This document shows, one piece after another, positions 62,902 through 64,000 of a DNA stretch of 64,000 nt (its first letter is position 1; each line of letters starts with the position of its first letter). The DNA comes from a virus. Its lineage: Duplodnaviria; Caudoviricetes. The position numbers were made by a program, and so were the translations under genes. A model generated the notes under the pieces. The model saw only the letters and a program-made list of their open reading frames with translations. It was not told the DNA's origin and did no database searches. The stretch lies in the IMG/VR virus record IMGVR_UViG_3300042542_006078; one strand, 5' to 3'.

Positions 62902-63969
62902 ATGAAAGACCCATATTCTGTTCTTGGCGTTGCAAAAAATGCCACTAAAGAAGAGATCGTAAAGGCTTATCGGAAAGGCGCTCAGACACATCATCCAGAT
63001 CGCAATCCCGGCGATAGTGAAGCTGAGGCCCGATTTAGGGAAATTCAAGAAGCATATGACATTCTAAGCGATGATTCTAAGAGATCCCAATATGATAGCA
63101 ACGGATTCTCCATGCACTTCCGAAATAGGGGAAGCGAAGGTAACCCCTTCGGCCCCGATTTCGGGGATGTAATGAATGAAATATTTGGCAAGAGTACATT
63201 CCGTGGCAGGAATATGACTGTCAGGTTAGAAATCGATCTTGAAGAAGCCTATAGCGGCTGTACCAAAGAGATTTCCCTGAAGCTTAAAAATACCTGCAAT
63301 ACTTGCAAGGGTTTGGGTCAATTAAGTAGTGAAGTTTGCGGTTCATGCCAAGGACAGGGATTCACGAAGGTTAACAATGCGCCATTTGAATTTAGAACAA
63401 ATTGCCCAGTTTGTAATGGACTTGGTAAGATAAATCCAATTCCATGTGATGATTGCAATGCCAATGGATTTCTGGCTGGACACAAAGAAAAGAAAATCCA
63501 GATACAAATACCTTGCGGCATAGATGATGCGATGAATCTCAAGTTGGTTGGAGAAGGAGAAGAGTCTGTTCGTGGAGGAAGGCCGGGAGATCTTATTGTT
63601 CATGTCCTTGTTCGTGAACATGCTATTTTTACCAGAGATGGAATCGATCTTTTAATTGATGTGCCAATGACTTATTCACAGCTTGTATTCGGTTGTGATA
63701 TTGATGTGGTAACTATCGGAAAAGAAGTTGTAACTGTTAAGATTCCAGAAGGAACTCAAAGTCACGCCAAGTTCAAAATACGAGGCAAGGGTATGATTAT
63801 GCCGAATGGAGTTTACGGTGATCTTTTCATTACTGTGAAAATAGAAATTCCCAAGAATATTTCTCTTGATTATAAAGAAAATATCAAAAAATTGATGCCT
63901 TTTGAAATGAATAACTTGGGATTCAAGAGAGAACAATGGCTCAAAAATGTAAATAAAAACAGTAAATAA
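62902..63969 (+). CDS. dnaJ: DnaJ chaperone (type I)
   Basis: J-domain HPD; G/F region; four CxxCxGxG-type repeats; PGDL. Confidence 0.95.
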   Translation: MKDPYSVLGVAKNATKEEIVKAYRKGAQTHHPDRNPGDSEAEARFREIQEAYDILSDDSKRSQYDSNGFSMHFRNRGSEGNPFGPDFGDVMNEIFGKSTFRGRNMTVRLEIDLEEAYSGCTKEISLKLKNTCNTCKGLGQLSSEVCGSCQGQGFTKVNNAPFEFRTNCPVCNGLGKINPIPCDDCNANGFLAGHKEKKIQIQIPCGIDDAMNLKLVGEGEESVRGGRPGDLIVHVLVREHAIFTRDGIDLLIDVPMTYSQLVFGCDIDVVTIGKEVVTVKIPEGTQSHAKFKIRGKGMIMPNGVYGDLFITVKIEIPKNISLDYKENIKKLMPFEMNNLGFKREQWLKNVNKNSK

Positions 63970-64000
63970 AATACATCATAATTGGAGTTTTTATGAACAA

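Noticed and set aside
1-64000. Stop-codon recoding as in some huge phages
   Set aside because: Conserved genes are full length in code 11, and TAA, TGA and TAG all end credible genes.
1-64000. tRNA genes, rRNA, IS elements, cas1/cas2/cas4
   Set aside because: None recognised by eye; the only tRNA-like ends belong to the tmRNA. tRNAscan-SE would be needed to exclude tRNAs.

Overview
64 kb of an AT-rich, gene-dense huge (jumbo) phage genome read in the standard genetic code. It carries T4-like replication/recombination genes (DnaB-like helicase, gp32-like SSB, RecA/UvsX, UvsY-like, Hel308-like helicase, a DnaE split in two without inteins), nucleotide metabolism (dCMP deaminase, ThyX, dNMP kinase), translation and chaperone genes (tmRNA, bS21, IF3, peptide deformylase, GroES-like, DnaJ), a dispersed glycan toolkit (HldE, Glf, about five GT9-like proteins, GT2-methyltransferase), a PrkA-YeaH-SpoVR triad, and a type V-I CRISPR locus (1033-aa Cas12i plus a 10-repeat array, no cas1/2/4 in the window). 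The most notable unexplained structure is a set of solitary copies of the Cas12i repeat hairpin (AAT-CCGTC-N7-GACGG and variants) just upstream of start codons of unrelated genes (infC, yeaH and others) far from the array. This suggests a Cas12i-linked RNA regulon or RNA decoys; a DNA operator is the main alternative. Also notable: about 11 genes sharing a T4-like capsid-targeting N-terminus, and TA(A/G/T)ATA elements 4-5 nt before SD-less start codons (candidate leaderless late mRNAs). All family assignments come from motif recognition by eye, with no database searches.
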